Source of the DNA: Balanoglossus misakiensis
Taxonomy: Eukaryota > Animalia > Hemichordata
Direction: 5' to 3'
Length of the DNA: 64,000 bases
Assembly: GCA_040954595.2 (NCBI GenBank)
Contig: CM082581.2
Span: forward strand, 9,093,878-9,157,877
The notes below the pieces were generated by a model. That model saw only the letters and a list, made by a program, of their open reading frames with translations, was not told where the DNA came from and did no database searches. Positions 62,001 through 64,000 of the stretch are shown piece by piece. Made by a program: the position numbers and the translations under genes. Every line of letters starts with the position of its first letter. Positions within the stretch are counted from its first letter, which is position 1.

Positions 62001-64000
62001 TTAATTTTACTGGACCATCTCTGTCTCCGTCGATTCATTCCGCGCCAATTGCCCCGTCGCTGCGGCTGATTGGTAATTTGGCCCGGCTAGATGACTTCGG
62101 GGGAAAACGTTTTAACGTCAGGTGAGTGACCGTATCGTTCTGCTTTGAAGGGCCAACAAAAGCTTTTTAGCATGTCTAGCGAATGCAGCTCAAGGGGAAA
62201 TGTGTTCAGTTCGTTACGGCGACAGCGTATGGAGGTTCATAGGCTAAAAGCAGACATCCAAGACGTGTGCGACGAAAGGAAAGAATACTGCATGTCTTTT
62301 CTTTTCAGCAAACCGACACATGTCGGCAGCTGTGCCTCGGCACAACCCTCCCATTACAACGCACAAATGGTGCTCGATTTGCTTAATTTCAGTTATCCAC
62401 ACTTTAACATGATTTCATTTCATTCACCTCATGGTCTAACCATTTAACAGTTGTGTCTTTTAAGAAAGCAAATACCGCTGTTTCTGCGTCATATCAGTTG
62501 TGAAATACTAAACCGATGTTATCAAATCCACTGAGGGCGTCGTCTGGTTGTAACATGCTTCTCTTTCCTATATTTGTCGGCCCAGGGGAATCATTTCATT
62601 TCAATTAATTAGATGGGCAGGGCAATAGGACGCATCCTGTAAATGAAAGAATGATGACGTTATGAAATGCTTGGGGCTTTGGCATATTACGCTGGGTCGA
62701 AAAAGCTGAAACAGGCATCCAGATCCCCCCATAATGTTCAAACAGGTTCATCGTTTTCTTTAGATTCATTTCCAGCATTCTTTTATCGCCTGCGACTGTG
62801 TTTCTTGCAAGTCGAAAATAACCGTCGTCATTTTAAATATTGCTTCGGTCCATTTCGGTGATTGGATATTCACATTGTGGTTCGGGTACTTTATTTACAA
62901 CCCCGTATTTCTGCATGTAGCATTTATTGCATTAAATTTAGAATGGGAAAACATCTGGCTGACGGGACCACCGGGATAAAGATTTGCAACGTCTGTGCCG
63001 TTGAAAGCGAAACGTCTGAAACATTTATATTTTTGAATACCATATGAGAGTGATGATTTCAACCATAGGGCATACACGGGCTGTGCTCTAGAGATCGCCT
63101 TGTGTAAGTTAATTATTATACCCATAGTGAACAACGCCGGTGGTCACAAACCGAAAGTGTGCATTCTGACCGCGTGCTTTGACACTAAAACACAGAATGT
63201 GTTGAATCATATGTTGAAGTTTACTTACGCCTAAATTACGTTCCAAAGTCGGCAAACTCACAAAAAGACCGCATTTGGGACCTTAATACAACAACGAAAA
63301 ACTCCTTCATCCTCCAAACCCACTTCACCTCCCATGGCCCACTTCTCGGTGGATTTCTGTAAATGAATTACTTTATTCATCCCAAAGAAATGAGCGTTCC
63401 AGCAGCTGCGCTGGATGTACTGATAAACTTTAATCTGGTACATGCTTAGATCAATCATTGACAGTGGAATTCATGACCGCGGTTTTCAAGTTCAATTTAT
63501 CACGTATTTCCTTAAGCTCATTAAACAAGCCTGCAATGCTCGGATTCCGAATATTTCAGAATGTAAGTATGCTTACAGAAGTGTACTGCTCAATGATTCG
63601 TTTCAATCACTTCCTACATTTGTACAAACGACAGGGAAAATTGTCAGCACAACTATCATTATGTATCGCAATTCTTTACGCATGAAATAAAAATGGAAAC
63701 GACTCGCACTTGAGGAGGTCAAGGACAAGGTTAGTGGATTACACCCTGATTTTCATTTTAGTAAATAAGGTTTGCAGAGGAATCGGGGGATACTCCGATT
63801 TGATTACTGTAATCAATGATCTATCCCCCCTAAAACACATCTTAACAGCCCCTCTCATTTAGAATGAAATGAAAGGTCATCATTTGTAAACTTGTGTTAA
63901 CATGAAAAGATAAGGGTTAGATATCCGGGTTATATATATATTGCGGGAGGGCCCGGGTAAATCGCGGGTGTCCAATGACCGGAGGATTCATTAACGTTCA

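Overview
Eukaryotic, intron-rich animal genomic DNA. Nk7 is present, so the source is a non-vertebrate bilaterian; an invertebrate deuterostome is only a low-confidence guess. I reconstructed four spliced genes by hand from splice sites and frame continuity. (1) The 3' end of a PKD1-like polycystin gene (PKD1L2/PKDREJ type, +, 1..3198) with a GC-AG intron. (2) A complete 3-exon Nk7 homeobox gene (+, 17771..19914) flanked by about 14 kb and 20 kb of apparently non-coding DNA with enhancer-like motif clusters. (3-4) Two paralogous 20-exon genes arranged head-to-head, with start codons 391 bp apart (-, 48282..40214 and +, 48674..56059). Each encodes a signal peptide, nine CUB domains and a catalytically dead trypsin-like domain, and the two have identical intron phases and a symmetric shared promoter. 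This divergent 9xCUB-pseudoprotease pair is the most unusual system in the window. The rest is microsatellites and non-coding DNA; most ORFs in the supplied track are exon fragments or spurious.
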